Shown in pieces: positions 19,978 to 30,098 of a stretch of 64,000 nt of DNA. Numbering within the stretch: the first letter of the stretch is position 1; every line of letters starts with the position of its first letter. The stretch covers positions 1-64,000 of the forward strand of contig CAXBMO010000008.1 in NCBI GenBank assembly GCA_963977015.1, read 5' to 3'. Position numbers and translations under genes: made by a program. Origin of the DNA: an uncultured bacterium. GTDB lineage: Bacteria; Verrucomicrobiota; Verrucomicrobiia; Verrucomicrobiales; DEV007. The notes beneath the pieces are model-generated. The model was given only the letters and a program-made list of their open reading frames with translations. It did no database searches and had not been told where the DNA came from.

Positions 19978-20587
19978 CGACCCAGGAAACCGCCGCGAGC
20001 TACAACGCCATCGCCGAACATTGGAGTGGAGCCGCGTTTAACCGTGATAATGGGATCGAGCAGCATCTGCGGGCGATTCGGTTTGTGACGCAACGTGGCG
20101 AGGCGATCGATATCGGTTGTGGCAGCAGCGGGAGATTCATCGATCTGCTTCTCGAACACGGGTTCGCCGTCGAAGGGCTGGACATTTCCGCAGCGATGCT
20201 GGACCTCGCCAGAACGCGTCACCCTGACGTTCCTTTTCACCAGGCCGACATCGTCACGTGGACGTTTCCCAAGCACTTCGACCTCATCTCCGCCTGGGAT
20301 AGCATCTGGCATGTTCCGCTCGATCAACAGCAAGCGGTTTTCGAAAAACTCTGCGAGGGATTGAACCCGGGAGGAGTGCTGATCTTCACCTCGGGCGGGC
20401 TGGACGAGCCGGATGAAGTGACGAACCCCTGTCATGGTCAGCCGCTTTATCACGCTGCGTTGGGCATTCCCAAACTTCTTGAGATCGCGGCGCAACAGGG
20501 CTGCGTTTGCCGGCATCTGGAATATGATCAGCCGGAGAAAGAGAATCCGGGAAAACACCTGTATCTCATTCTTCAAAACAACGTTAG
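19974..20587 (+). CDS. class I SAM-dependent methyltransferase (natural stop appears out of frame; track ORF reads on to 21479)
   Basis: IDIGCGSG, GLDISAAML and LNPGGVLIF motifs. The domain ends at HLYLILQ; a TAG at 20585-20587 is one base out of frame. Confidence 0.75.
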
Positions 20588-20599
20588 ACTTGGAGGAAG

Positions 20600-21367
20600 A
20601 TGTCGACCACCGCCGAACCCGATCTTGACCAACGACTGCTTTGGCGGAATGCGCCGAAGGGCCGAAAGCCGGTCATGTTTCAAACCTGGCGCCAGCTGCT
20701 GTTTCTCCATTGGGTGGTCGAGCCGGAGATGCTGGCGAGCACGTTGCCGAAAGGTCTCCATCTCGATCTGTTTGAGGGGCGGGCCTACCTTGGCGTGGTC
20801 CCGTTTTACATGCGAAACATCAGGCCCCGAGGGTTGCCGACGGTGCCCGGCCTCTCCAACTTTCTCGAGCTCAATGTTCGCACCTACGTTCATGATGATG
20901 CGGGCGATCCCGGAGTCTGGTTTCACTCGCTCGACGCCAATAACCGGGTTGCCTGTGCCACGGCCCGGACCCTCTTCAAGCTTCCCTACCACGACGCGCA
21001 AATGCGATCAACCGAAGGCGACTGGGTCGATTATGAAGCGCAGCGGTTTGGGCGGGATGAGCCCGCGAGGTATCGCTACAGAGGCACGGGAGCCGCAACG
21101 CTGGCGGAGCCCGGCACGCTCGACTTTTTCCTCGTGGAACGTTACCTGCTTTTTTCTCATCATCCTGGTTCGGGAGGTATCATGCGTGGCCAGGTCCATC
21201 ATCAGCCCTATCGAATTCATGAGGCTGAAGTCGAGGCGATGTCCGTCGCGCCGATTGCCTGGAACGGAATGGAGGCGCCGCTCGGCGAGCCCGATCACGT
21301 CTGTCTCGCCGCCGATGTTGATGTGCAGATTTTTGGGCTCGAACCGGCAGGCAAAGGCGGAGCCTGA
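20600..21367 (+). CDS. YqjF/DUF2071 family protein
   Basis: MFQTWRQLLFLHW, FLELNVRTYV, GVWFHSLDA and FLVERY; GGAGG RBS upstream. Confidence 0.88.
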   Translation: MSTTAEPDLDQRLLWRNAPKGRKPVMFQTWRQLLFLHWVVEPEMLASTLPKGLHLDLFEGRAYLGVVPFYMRNIRPRGLPTVPGLSNFLELNVRTYVHDDAGDPGVWFHSLDANNRVACATARTLFKLPYHDAQMRSTEGDWVDYEAQRFGRDEPARYRYRGTGAATLAEPGTLDFFLVERYLLFSHHPGSGGIMRGQVHHQPYRIHEAEVEAMSVAPIAWNGMEAPLGEPDHVCLAADVDVQIFGLEPAGKGGA

Positions 21368-21491
21368 GGTGGAACCGTTCGTTCCGCTTTCGCCGATGGC
21401 GCAAACGTGTTTCCGGGCGTCAGGCCAAGCGATGTCGAATCTGAAAAGCGGCTTGTGTTACCGGTTTCATCGACGATGAACAAGCTTGGCA

Positions 21492-21989
21492 ATGGAAAGC
21501 GAACTTCAAACTCGAACTGCCTATCACGAAGCGGGACACGCGGTGTTGGCCGTGTTACAAGGCGCCGAGATCGAGAGCCTGTCGATCGAGTTGGACTGGG
21601 AGGATGCCGGTCGGGAACGGTTTGGAGCGACGCGGGTCCGGTGGCCGGATGACGCGTGGTCCGAGCGCGAAGTCGCGATTCGTGAAGTAAAGATCGCCTT
21701 GGCCGGACCGGTCGCGGAAATGATTTACGACGGGAACCAGTATGAACCGGAGATGCTCCATGCCTGGCAGGAAGACTGGGACATGGCGGTCGAGCGGGCG
21801 GGCGACTATTTGCCGAAATCGCAGTCCCTCGCCGAATACCTTTCGCGCATCACCTACGAGCTGATCCGCTTCTTCGAGCGCAGCGACGTCTGGGCGACGG
21901 TCGCCGCCCTCGCGGACCAACTCGAAGCTCATGAAGCGCTCGGCGCCGAAGAAGTCGCCGTAGTGATGGAGGCGTGGCCGATCGTTTAG
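21492..21989 (+). CDS. stand-alone M41/FtsH-like zinc metallopeptidase domain protein
   Basis: TAYHEAGHAV (HExxH) and LAGPVAE motifs, with no AAA domain. Confidence 0.75.
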   Translation: MESELQTRTAYHEAGHAVLAVLQGAEIESLSIELDWEDAGRERFGATRVRWPDDAWSEREVAIREVKIALAGPVAEMIYDGNQYEPEMLHAWQEDWDMAVERAGDYLPKSQSLAEYLSRITYELIRFFERSDVWATVAALADQLEAHEALGAEEVAVVMEAWPIV

Positions 21990-22147
21990 GCGAACGTGGT
22001 AGAAAGGAGCAGGGATACGTTTTACGGGATGCCTCCGTCGTTCGAACGTACCCTCCATTCCATGAGCGACGCCAAAACGGGAACTCACTACGCTTCCGCG
22101 GCGGCCTCTGGATTGAATTCGCTGGCGATTGATGATACCATGCAGCC

Positions 22148-22432
22148 ATGACCGAAACCCTGACGCTTGATGAAGGTGGGCGATTGGTGCTATCTGAAGC
22201 CGCCTTACGCCTGCTTGCCCTGAAACCGGGCTCGCAACTGCGAGCCAACGTGTCGGCAACGGGGATCGAAATTCTGCCGGAGACCGAGCAGGAAGGGGAG
22301 GTTTTGGAGGTAAGCGAAACCGTTCTTGAGAACGGCGTGTTGGTTTTGGCGTCAACGGGAGTCAAGGCAAACATAGCGTCCGCAGTTCGGGACGAACGAG
22401 ATGAATTGGCGGACCGGGCAATTCCACGGTGA
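22148..22432 (+). CDS. AbrB/MazE-like antitoxin
   Basis: LTLDEGGRLVLS...LALKPGSQL pattern; overlaps the PIN gene by 4 nt (GTGA). Confidence 0.7.
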   Translation: MTETLTLDEGGRLVLSEAALRLLALKPGSQLRANVSATGIEILPETEQEGEVLEVSETVLENGVLVLASTGVKANIASAVRDERDELADRAIPR

Positions 22433-22848
22433 ACAGCTACCTTGATAGTTCGGTTGTGGTTGCAGCGTTGTTATCCGGGCAGGCAAGTCACGCGGAATGC
22501 TTAAATCTTCTGAATGCTGGAGATAGCGCGATCCTTCAGCACGGGTTACTCGAGACCTTTGCGACAATGACAGGCGGCAAACTAGGATTTCGCGTTGATG
22601 CAGACGTGGCAGCCGAGTTGCTCGCCAAAACCGTGCTTCCGAAGGTTGATGTTATCGAACTCAGCACGCAAGAGGTGATGGCAGCATTCAAGGAAGCTCG
22701 GAAACATGGGGTTCGTGGGGGTGCAGTTTACGACTACATCCACCTGATCGCTGCCCGGATGGTCAACGCGACCAAGCTTTACACGCTGAACCTGTCAGAC
22801 TTTCAGGCGTTACGGCAAAGCGGCGATCCTGAGGTCGTGCGCCCCTAA
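22429..22848 (+). CDS. PIN-domain (VapC-like) toxin
   Basis: YLDSSVVVA, E in LLETF, VYDYIH and LYTLNLSDF acidic PIN residues. Confidence 0.88.
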   Translation: MNSYLDSSVVVAALLSGQASHAECLNLLNAGDSAILQHGLLETFATMTGGKLGFRVDADVAAELLAKTVLPKVDVIELSTQEVMAAFKEARKHGVRGGAVYDYIHLIAARMVNATKLYTLNLSDFQALRQSGDPEVVRP

Positions 22849-22999
22849 ACGTGGTGACATTCTCTCGGCGTGTTGTTACAACGCACCACCGAATGATCAA
22901 GCAATCCCGCCCCGCGCCCCGATCGTCTGGGCTGCGTAGCTTCGATTGGCAATCGAAGACGGAATTCGACTGCCAGTCGAATCTACAAACTCGACCGCC

Positions 23000-23908
23000 C
23001 TACCCCAAATCTGCCGCCTGCAGAAAGACGTCAACGTGCGCGGCGATGGACGTTTCGAGCGGTTCGCCGTAACCGCCGCCCATCGTGATGAGGAGCGGAA
23101 GGTGGTGGTCTTTTGCGAATTGAAAGACGAGCTGGTTGCGGGTTTGCAGGCCTCCGCGGGTCAGGCTGAGTTGTCCCAACCGGTCGGTGATCAATCCATC
23201 GACGCCGGCTTGGTAGAAGAGAATGTCGGGCTCGAAACGCTCGAACTCGGATTCGAGGAATTCGTGCAGGGTCTCGAGGTATTCGTCATCGCCGGTGTTC
23301 TTGGCGAAGACCTGATCATGATCGGACCGCATTTTGCGGAAGGGAAAGTTGTCGCCGCAATGAAAGGACACCGTCCTCACGGTTGGGTCGTTTTCGAAAA
23401 TGGCGGCGGTGCCGTCGCCCTGGTGAACGTCGAGATCGAGGATCAGCACGCGTTTCATCCCATGGTCGCGTTGGGCAATTCGCGCCGAAATCGCCAGATC
23501 GTTGAAGATGCAATACCCGGAGCCGAAATCGAAATAGGCGTGATGAGTCCCGCCCCCCAGGTTCCCGGCGACTCCGCCCGATTCCGCAATTTTGCGCGTC
23601 GCGGAAATGGTGCCGTTGGTGAGGATCAAGGTTCGTTCGACGATCGCGTCGGTCCAGGGTTGCAGGCCGATGCGCTTGCATTCCTTGTCGCCGAGCGAGC
23701 CGGTCAAAAAGCGACTCGTGTAATCCGGGCAATGGGCGAGATGAAGATCATCGAGACAGGGCAACTTTTCGGGCTCATGAAACCAAACGCGCTCGCTCGG
23801 GCCCAATTCCTCGATTCCCCGGCGAACGCGTGCATATCGCTCCCGTGGGAATCGCGCTTCGGGAGCAATTCCGTCCGTGTAGATGGGGGCGTGCCAGAGA
23901 TGAAGCAT
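23000..23908 (-). CDS. histone deacetylase family protein
   Basis: GGGTHHA, GYCIFND, LDLDVHQGDGT, QAGVD and GGGY motifs. Confidence 0.93.
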   Translation of the reverse strand: MLHLWHAPIYTDGIAPEARFPRERYARVRRGIEELGPSERVWFHEPEKLPCLDDLHLAHCPDYTSRFLTGSLGDKECKRIGLQPWTDAIVERTLILTNGTISATRKIAESGGVAGNLGGGTHHAYFDFGSGYCIFNDLAISARIAQRDHGMKRVLILDLDVHQGDGTAAIFENDPTVRTVSFHCGDNFPFRKMRSDHDQVFAKNTGDDEYLETLHEFLESEFERFEPDILFYQAGVDGLITDRLGQLSLTRGGLQTRNQLVFQFAKDHHLPLLITMGGGYGEPLETSIAAHVDVFLQAADLG

Positions 23909-23997
23909 GATTTGGGTTCAATACGGCTGAGCGGTCGAATGTGAGACTTCCCAATCCGTGGGTTGCCAGACTCCCATTCTTGTCTTACCTCCCGGTC

Positions 23998-26097
23998 ATG
24001 AAAACCTCATTTTCAATTCTCGTTACCTGTTTCGTCGCGGCGTTTCCCGCCTTCGCGGACGAAAGCGCGGATGTGGTGATTTACGGCGGCACTTCTGCCG
24101 GCGTCATCGCGGCAGTTCAGGCCAAAAAGCTGGGAAAATCGGCAATCATCGTCGGTCCGGACAAGCATTTGGGCGGTCTTTCCTCGGGCGGGCTCGGTTG
24201 GACGGACACCGGCAACAAGGCTGTGATCGGCGGGCTTTCGCGCGATTTTTATCACCGGATTTGGAAGGAATATCAGAAGGAGGAAACCTGGAAGTTTCAG
24301 AAGCAGAGCGAGTACGGCGGAAAAGGGCAGGGGACGGAGGCGATCGATGGCGAAAATCGCACGATGTGGATCTTTGAGCCGAGCGTGGCGGAAACCGTGT
24401 TCGAAAGCTACATTGCGGATTTCGAGATCCCGGTGTTTCGCGACGAATGGCTCGACCGGGAGAACGGAGTCGAGAAAACGGATGGCAAAATCACGTCGAT
24501 CACGATGCTGAGCGGCAAAAAGTTCACCGGCAAGATGTTCATCGACGCGACCTATGAAGGTGATCTGGTTGCCACGGCGGGCGTTGACACTCACGTGGGC
24601 CGCGAGGGACGCGATGTTTACGGCGAAGATTGGAATGGAGTGCAAACCAGCGTGTTGCATCACCGCCATCACTTCGATGCGATCCCGGACAAAAAGCGAA
24701 TCAGCCCCTATGTCGTTCCGGGCGACCCGAGCAGTGGAGTGCTTCCCCGAATTTCGGCTGAGGATCCCGGGGAGAGGTTTAGCGGCGATGAGAAGGTGCA
24801 GGCCTACTGTTTCCGGATGTGCCTGACGAACGATCCGGAGAATCGCATTCCGTTTTCCGAGCCTCCAGGTTATGACGTGAAGCAATACGAGCTGCTTGCG
24901 CGGATCTACGAAGCGGGCTGGAGAGACACCTTTGGCAAGTTCGATCCGATTCCGAATCACAAGACGGACACCAACAACCACGGGCCGATGAGCACGGACA
25001 ACATCGGGTTCAACTACGACTATCCCGAGGCGAGTTACGAGCGGCGCAGGGAGATCATCCAGGAACACGAGACCTATCAGAAAGGCTGGCTCTGGTTTCA
25101 TTGCAGCGATCCCCGCGTGCCGAAAGAAATCCAGGAACGCATGAAAACCTGGGGCCTGCCGAAGGACGAGTTTCAGGACAATGGCAACTGGTCGCACCAG
25201 CTCTACATTCGCGAGGCCCGTCGCATGGTTGGTCAGTTTGTGATGACCGAGAACGAGTTGCTGCAGCGCAATCCCACGCCGGATTCGGTCGGGATGGGAA
25301 GCTACACCATCGATTCGCACAACACCCAGCGCTACATCACGCCGGAAGGTTATGTGCAGAACGAAGGCGACATCGGCGTGAAGTGCCCGCCTTACAAGAT
25401 CGCCTACGGTTCCTTGATTCCCAAAAAGGAACAGTGCCAGAATCTTCTCGTGCCGGTTTGTGTTTCGAGTTCCCACATCGCCTTCGGGTCGATCCGGATG
25501 GAGCCGGTCTTCATGATCCTCGGACAAAGTGCGGCGACCGCGGCGGCTTTCGCGATTGATGACGACATCGCGGTTCAGGATCTTGACTACGCCAAATTGC
25601 GCGAGCAATTGGTCAAGGACGGCCAGATTCTCGAGTATGGCTCCTCCAAACCCTTTCGCGCTTCGCTCCAGCCCCGGGATCTGGAAGGCATCGTCGTTGA
25701 TGACCAGGACGCCACGCTTACCGGCCAGTGGTCGCCGAGTTCGGTTGATCCCGCTTTTGTTGGGAAAGGCTATCTCCACGACGGAAAACAGGACAATGGT
25801 TCGATGAAGATTCGGTTCGAGGTTTCCGTTCCCGAGTCCGGTCAGTACGAAGTTCGCCTCGGTTATCCGGCGAATCCCAATCGCGCTTCGAATGTTCCCG
25901 TCACCGTGATTCACCCGGGCGGAGCGACTACCGTGACCGTTGATCAACGCAAGACGCCTGCCCACATGGAGTTGTTCCATTCGTTGGGAAGTTTTTCGCT
26001 CACGGCTGACAAACCGCTCGTTGTCGAGGTCTCGAACGAAGGCACCAAAGGCTACGTGGTGGTTGATTCCGTTCAGGTATTACCTGCCAAGCCATGA
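23998..26097 (+). CDS. secreted FAD-dependent oxidoreductase with C-terminal xanthan-lyase/golvesin-like beta domain
   Basis: Signal peptide, DVVIYGGTSAG, FIDATYEGDL, LYIREARRM and SSSHIAFGSIRMEP; C-terminal GIVVDD...GYVVVDSV domain. Confidence 0.85.
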   Translation: MKTSFSILVTCFVAAFPAFADESADVVIYGGTSAGVIAAVQAKKLGKSAIIVGPDKHLGGLSSGGLGWTDTGNKAVIGGLSRDFYHRIWKEYQKEETWKFQKQSEYGGKGQGTEAIDGENRTMWIFEPSVAETVFESYIADFEIPVFRDEWLDRENGVEKTDGKITSITMLSGKKFTGKMFIDATYEGDLVATAGVDTHVGREGRDVYGEDWNGVQTSVLHHRHHFDAIPDKKRISPYVVPGDPSSGVLPRISAEDPGERFSGDEKVQAYCFRMCLTNDPENRIPFSEPPGYDVKQYELLARIYEAGWRDTFGKFDPIPNHKTDTNNHGPMSTDNIGFNYDYPEASYERRREIIQEHETYQKGWLWFHCSDPRVPKEIQERMKTWGLPKDEFQDNGNWSHQLYIREARRMVGQFVMTENELLQRNPTPDSVGMGSYTIDSHNTQRYITPEGYVQNEGDIGVKCPPYKIAYGSLIPKKEQCQNLLVPVCVSSSHIAFGSIRMEPVFMILGQSAATAAAFAIDDDIAVQDLDYAKLREQLVKDGQILEYGSSKPFRASLQPRDLEGIVVDDQDATLTGQWSPSSVDPAFVGKGYLHDGKQDNGSMKIRFEVSVPESGQYEVRLGYPANPNRASNVPVTVIHPGGATTVTVDQRKTPAHMELFHSLGSFSLTADKPLVVEVSNEGTKGYVVVDSVQVLPAKP

Positions 26098-27092
26098 AAG
26101 CGCTGGTCCTCAACGCGACTCATCAGCCGCTCGATCTCGAAGAACGCCCAGCGCCGAAACCGGGAGCGGGCCAGGTCGTCGTTCGGATGAAGGCGGCGTC
26201 GCTCAATCGTCGCGACTATTGGATTACCCAGGGGCAATATCCCGGCATCGAACCACCTGTCATCCTGGGTTCGGACGGCGCCGGAACGGTGCTCGAGCTT
26301 GGCGAAGGGGTTTCGCAGGACTGGCTTCATCGGGAAGTCATCATCAACCCTGGGGTGGATTGGGGCGACGACGAAGCGGCGCAGTCGAATCAATTCACCA
26401 TTCTTGGCTTGCCGCAGGACGGCACGTTCGCGACCGAGCTCCTCGTCTCGGCATCGCAGCTTCACGCCAAGCCTGCTCACCTCAATTGGGAAGCTGCCGC
26501 GGCCCTGCCCCTGGCGGGTGTCACCGCCTATCGTGCCGTCTTCTCGCAGGGAAATCTCAAACCCGGCCAAACCGTCTTGATCACCGGAATCGGGGGGGGC
26601 GTCGCGACGTTTGCCCTGCAATTCGCGGTCGCGGCGGGCGCGAACGTCTGGGTGACTTCCTCCTCACTGGATAAAATCAACCGCGCCATCCAGCTCGGCG
26701 CCAAAGGCGGATTCAACTACCGCGAGGAGTCGTGGGGGAAGGAAGCCCGCGAAAAAATGGGAGCCCCCAACCTGATCATCGACAGCGCCGCTGGCAAAGG
26801 CTACACCGCCCTGCTCAACCTTGCCGCACCGGGAGCCCGAATCGTGAACTACGGAGCCACCGCCGGCCCACCGGAGAAGATCGACATGTTCAAGCTCTTC
26901 TGGAAGCAGCTTCAGTTGATCGGAACGACCATGGGCTCGCCCGCCGACTTCAGCGCCATGCTCGACTTCGTCGAGGCCAGGCAGATCCAGCCCATCGTCG
27001 ACGCAACCTTTCCGTTGGAAGAGGGGAACACCGCGATTGAGCAGATGGAAAAATCGCCCCAATTCGGCAAGTACGTATTGAAGATCAGCTGA
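26094..27092 (+). CDS. MDR-family (zinc-binding dehydrogenase/quinone oxidoreductase) protein
   Basis: AASLNRRD, LGSDGAG, ITGIGGGVA and QFGKYVL motifs. Confidence 0.9.
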   Translation: MKALVLNATHQPLDLEERPAPKPGAGQVVVRMKAASLNRRDYWITQGQYPGIEPPVILGSDGAGTVLELGEGVSQDWLHREVIINPGVDWGDDEAAQSNQFTILGLPQDGTFATELLVSASQLHAKPAHLNWEAAAALPLAGVTAYRAVFSQGNLKPGQTVLITGIGGGVATFALQFAVAAGANVWVTSSSLDKINRAIQLGAKGGFNYREESWGKEAREKMGAPNLIIDSAAGKGYTALLNLAAPGARIVNYGATAGPPEKIDMFKLFWKQLQLIGTTMGSPADFSAMLDFVEARQIQPIVDATFPLEEGNTAIEQMEKSPQFGKYVLKIS

Positions 27093-27260
27093 ACGAACGT
27101 TGCCCGGGAAGAACCGGCGGCAAAACCTGGCGCGTCGCTCCGTCATCACCGATTTGGTGGGGATGTTCCACCGTCCTCGTTTTTGATTGCGCCGCTACTC
27201 GAGGTGCCCATCGTGTTGGCCCTACCTATCGTCATCGACGCTCCAATTTAAAAATCCATC

Positions 27261-29138
27261 ATGGGACCCATCCAAAGAACCGCTCTGTATCTCCTCACCA
27301 TCTTTTGCATCTCTGCGAACGTCTCCGCGGCGGAGTTTTATCAGATTCGGGATGGCATTCCCAACAGCCAGCATTTCCTGAAGAACGACCGGGTCGGCAA
27401 TCAATACTTTTTCTTTATCGGCAACTCGGTTTTGGCGGGAACCGGCCTGAAAGACAAGGACCTGCGTTACTCCAACCAGATCATGCAGGGGATCAAAAAA
27501 TACTTCCCGGATGCCTCACCGCGCGAGAAGCGTTACATGGAGGACGGCGGAAGTTGGTTCGGACTTTACCGCACCAGTGGCGGACAACCGGTGTTCGGAG
27601 AAATCATCGCCAGCGGCCATCTTGCCATTCTCGACTTTGCCGCGGATGACCGGGATGTGGAGATCGAACAAGCCAAAGCCAATCTGGAAGGGCTGGTCCG
27701 GCAAATTACGCTCTATCGTGCGACTCACAGCCGGATCTTGATCTATACCCTGACTCCGGAAATGCTGGAGGCTTACCGGGCCGGGAAAACGCCCGATTAT
27801 ATTCAAGTCAGCGAGCAAATTGCCGATCACTACGGCATTCCTTCCTTGAACCTCGCCAAATATGCAGCCGATCAAATCCTCGCCGGGGAAATCTCCTTTG
27901 AAGCGTTTTCGGCGGACGGGATCAACCCCACTGATGCGGGAGCGAAACTCTATGCGGAAGCGGTCGGGACGTTCATGGATGATCTCATGACCGCCTTTCC
28001 GGTTCCTGACAAAACCAAAAAGCTCGATCTCCCCGAGCCTCTTTTTCCCGCGACCAACGACCAGGGCCGGATCGTGGCTTACGAGAACCCCGTGGTGAAA
28101 CGCTCCGGCAGCTGGCAGCCTGGACAGGAAAGCCCGATCCCTCCGTTCCGCCACCTTCTCGTATCGGAAAAGCCCGGTGACACGCTGTCATTGAAGTTCA
28201 CGGGCTCGGAAATCGGCATCATCGATGTGGTCGGTCAAGACAGCGCGACCTGGGATTACTCGGTGGATGGAGCGCCTTTCCAAGCCCTTCCGGCTCCAAG
28301 CGGTCCGTCTGATCTGGAAATGCGTCCGGTTTCCCTGATGAAAGGATTGGAGCGCGACAAAGAGCATGAGTTGGTTCTCAAGGTAGCGTCACCGGGGACC
28401 GCAAGGTTGGGTGGTTTTCTCCTCAACGGCAATGTGGAAGATGCCTACGCCGGAATGAATGCGCTGGAACGCATCGACGCGATCTATGCGGCGATGGATC
28501 CCGTTGTCTACTCTCCTCCCGCAGGGCGCTTCGCCAACATCCCCGAAACGATGAACACGTTGCGCAGCGGAGGCGAGTTACGAATGGTGCTGCTGGGCGA
28601 TAGTATCATGGGTAATACATCGTCTTCCTTGTTTGAGCATCTGCTGATGCGCCACTACCCGAAATGCAAGATCAAGAAAATTGCCTCCCTGCGAAGCTCA
28701 ACCGGCTGCACCTACTATCAGGAAGACAATCGGGTTGAAGACTATGTATTACGCCACGACCCTGATTTACTCGTCATTGGTGGCATCTCCAACCGGGGCG
28801 ACGCGGAAGCCGTTCGCTCCGTCATCAAACAGGTCCGCGCCAAAAAGCCGGATACCGAAGTCCTCCTCCTCACACCGGTTTTTGGATCGGTGAACGATGA
28901 ACATCTCAAAAACTTCACGCCGGAAATCGACACCACGACCGATAACTTCCGCTTCAAGATGCAGAACGTCGCGGCGGAAGAAAACTGTGCCTTCTTCGAC
29001 ATGAGCGGTCCCTGGTGGTCCTACATCGAGAACAGCGGGAAGACCTACGGCTGGTTCAAAGGTGACGCCGTACATGCGAATCAGCGCGGCTGCCAGATTA
29101 TCGCTCGTCTGCTGGAGAGCTGGTTCCGTGAATCGTAG
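27261..29138 (+). CDS. secreted tandem SGNH/GDSL hydrolase
   Basis: First domain FIGNSV...DGINP (His replaced by Asn); second domain LLGDSI...DAVHAN. Confidence 0.8.
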   Translation: MGPIQRTALYLLTIFCISANVSAAEFYQIRDGIPNSQHFLKNDRVGNQYFFFIGNSVLAGTGLKDKDLRYSNQIMQGIKKYFPDASPREKRYMEDGGSWFGLYRTSGGQPVFGEIIASGHLAILDFAADDRDVEIEQAKANLEGLVRQITLYRATHSRILIYTLTPEMLEAYRAGKTPDYIQVSEQIADHYGIPSLNLAKYAADQILAGEISFEAFSADGINPTDAGAKLYAEAVGTFMDDLMTAFPVPDKTKKLDLPEPLFPATNDQGRIVAYENPVVKRSGSWQPGQESPIPPFRHLLVSEKPGDTLSLKFTGSEIGIIDVVGQDSATWDYSVDGAPFQALPAPSGPSDLEMRPVSLMKGLERDKEHELVLKVASPGTARLGGFLLNGNVEDAYAGMNALERIDAIYAAMDPVVYSPPAGRFANIPETMNTLRSGGELRMVLLGDSIMGNTSSSLFEHLLMRHYPKCKIKKIASLRSSTGCTYYQEDNRVEDYVLRHDPDLLVIGGISNRGDAEAVRSVIKQVRAKKPDTEVLLLTPVFGSVNDEHLKNFTPEIDTTTDNFRFKMQNVAAEENCAFFDMSGPWWSYIENSGKTYGWFKGDAVHANQRGCQIIARLLESWFRES

Positions 29139-29165
29139 GCGGAATGGTGCAAGGTTAGCCAACTG

Positions 29166-29415
29166 AGTTCTCCTCCGGGCTCGCCCCGGTGGGTGCGCGA
29201 TCAACCACCAGATCCATCTCCAAAGACCAATCGCCACCTCCGGTTTCATGCCGGTGGAGCGCTGACTCCTTCCAGGCGCACGATCTGGTTTTTGACGGTT
29301 CCAAGCGGTGTCAGCGCTCGACTGGCGCAAGGCCAGCCGGGGCGAGCGTATGGATGGAATTGGTCTGGTGGTTGGTCTCGATTCCACGGGAATAAATCCC
29401 TGTGGAGACCTGGGC
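29166..29415. repeat. ~250-bp palindromic REPIN/MITE-like element, copy 1
   Basis: Arms gatcaaccaccaga / tctggtggttggtc, terminal hairpin ccacgggaataaatccctgtgg; a reverse-complement homologue lies at 34425-34680. Confidence 0.75.
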
Positions 29416-29590
29416 AAATTTTCCGATGAACCCGCTTAATCTAGCGACATTCGGGCTAGCCCGCATTTCTTACGAAGCGCAGCAGGAATGCCAATGGGCA
29501 AGCCGCAGCTGCGGGCGCAATCTGATCAGACCCGGGATCAATCGTGAGAGCGTTCACCTGGCGACCGAGTTGGCAAAATGTGAAACGCCG

Positions 29591-29926
29591 TCAAGCATTG
29601 CCACCACCGTCTGGTTCGGTGGTGTTGGGTCGAGTCATCAAGTAGAGCTGCAAGGGGATACTGAAAGCCAGGCTGCCGAGGATCGACATACAGACAAAGA
29701 AAACCCATCCCGGTCGCTTCCATCCCATTTTGGCAATGATGAAGGCCAGAAAGACCAGGAGCAGAAATGCTTCGCCGATAAATACGAGCGCCAAGCCATT
29801 CTTCATTCCTGTAGCATAGGTCTCTGTGGCGATCAGTGCATAGTAGAGGAACGGGCAGTTGATCACCAGAAAGCCAAGAATTGCGGTGGCGAGAAGGAGA
29901 GGGCGGATTTCTTTGAGCTTTTCCAT
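29591..29926 (-). CDS. small membrane protein (DUF2834-like)
   Basis: Three hydrophobic segments ending SLAFSIPLQLYL; ATG at 29926. Confidence 0.65.
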   Translation of the reverse strand: MEKLKEIRPLLLATAILGFLVINCPFLYYALIATETYATGMKNGLALVFIGEAFLLLVFLAFIIAKMGWKRPGWVFFVCMSILGSLAFSIPLQLYLMTRPNTTEPDGGGNA

Positions 29927-30098
29927 TTTTGTTTTCAGATTCAGCGAACCGTCAACATGGCCGCTGGGATCATTGGGGTGCAAGAGCCCGGTCAGGAGGA
30001 CCAAAGGCTGAAATGAGCACCATCAAAGTAACCGGGGCAAGCACGATATCGGCTTGGGCGCTGGGGGATTTGACAGGTTGGTTGAGGTGTGAGGGGGC

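Noticed and set aside
22148-22848. TA pair as a novel system or part of a mobile element
   Set aside because: An ordinary AbrB/PIN (VapBC-type) module with no flanking transposase or repeats seen.
24013-25980. 655-aa antisense ORF (similar ones at 17851-19377, 31945-33921, 7607-8953 and 52831-54114)
   Set aside because: Shadow ORFs opposite well-supported genes, expected from high-GC codon bias; no recognisable motifs.
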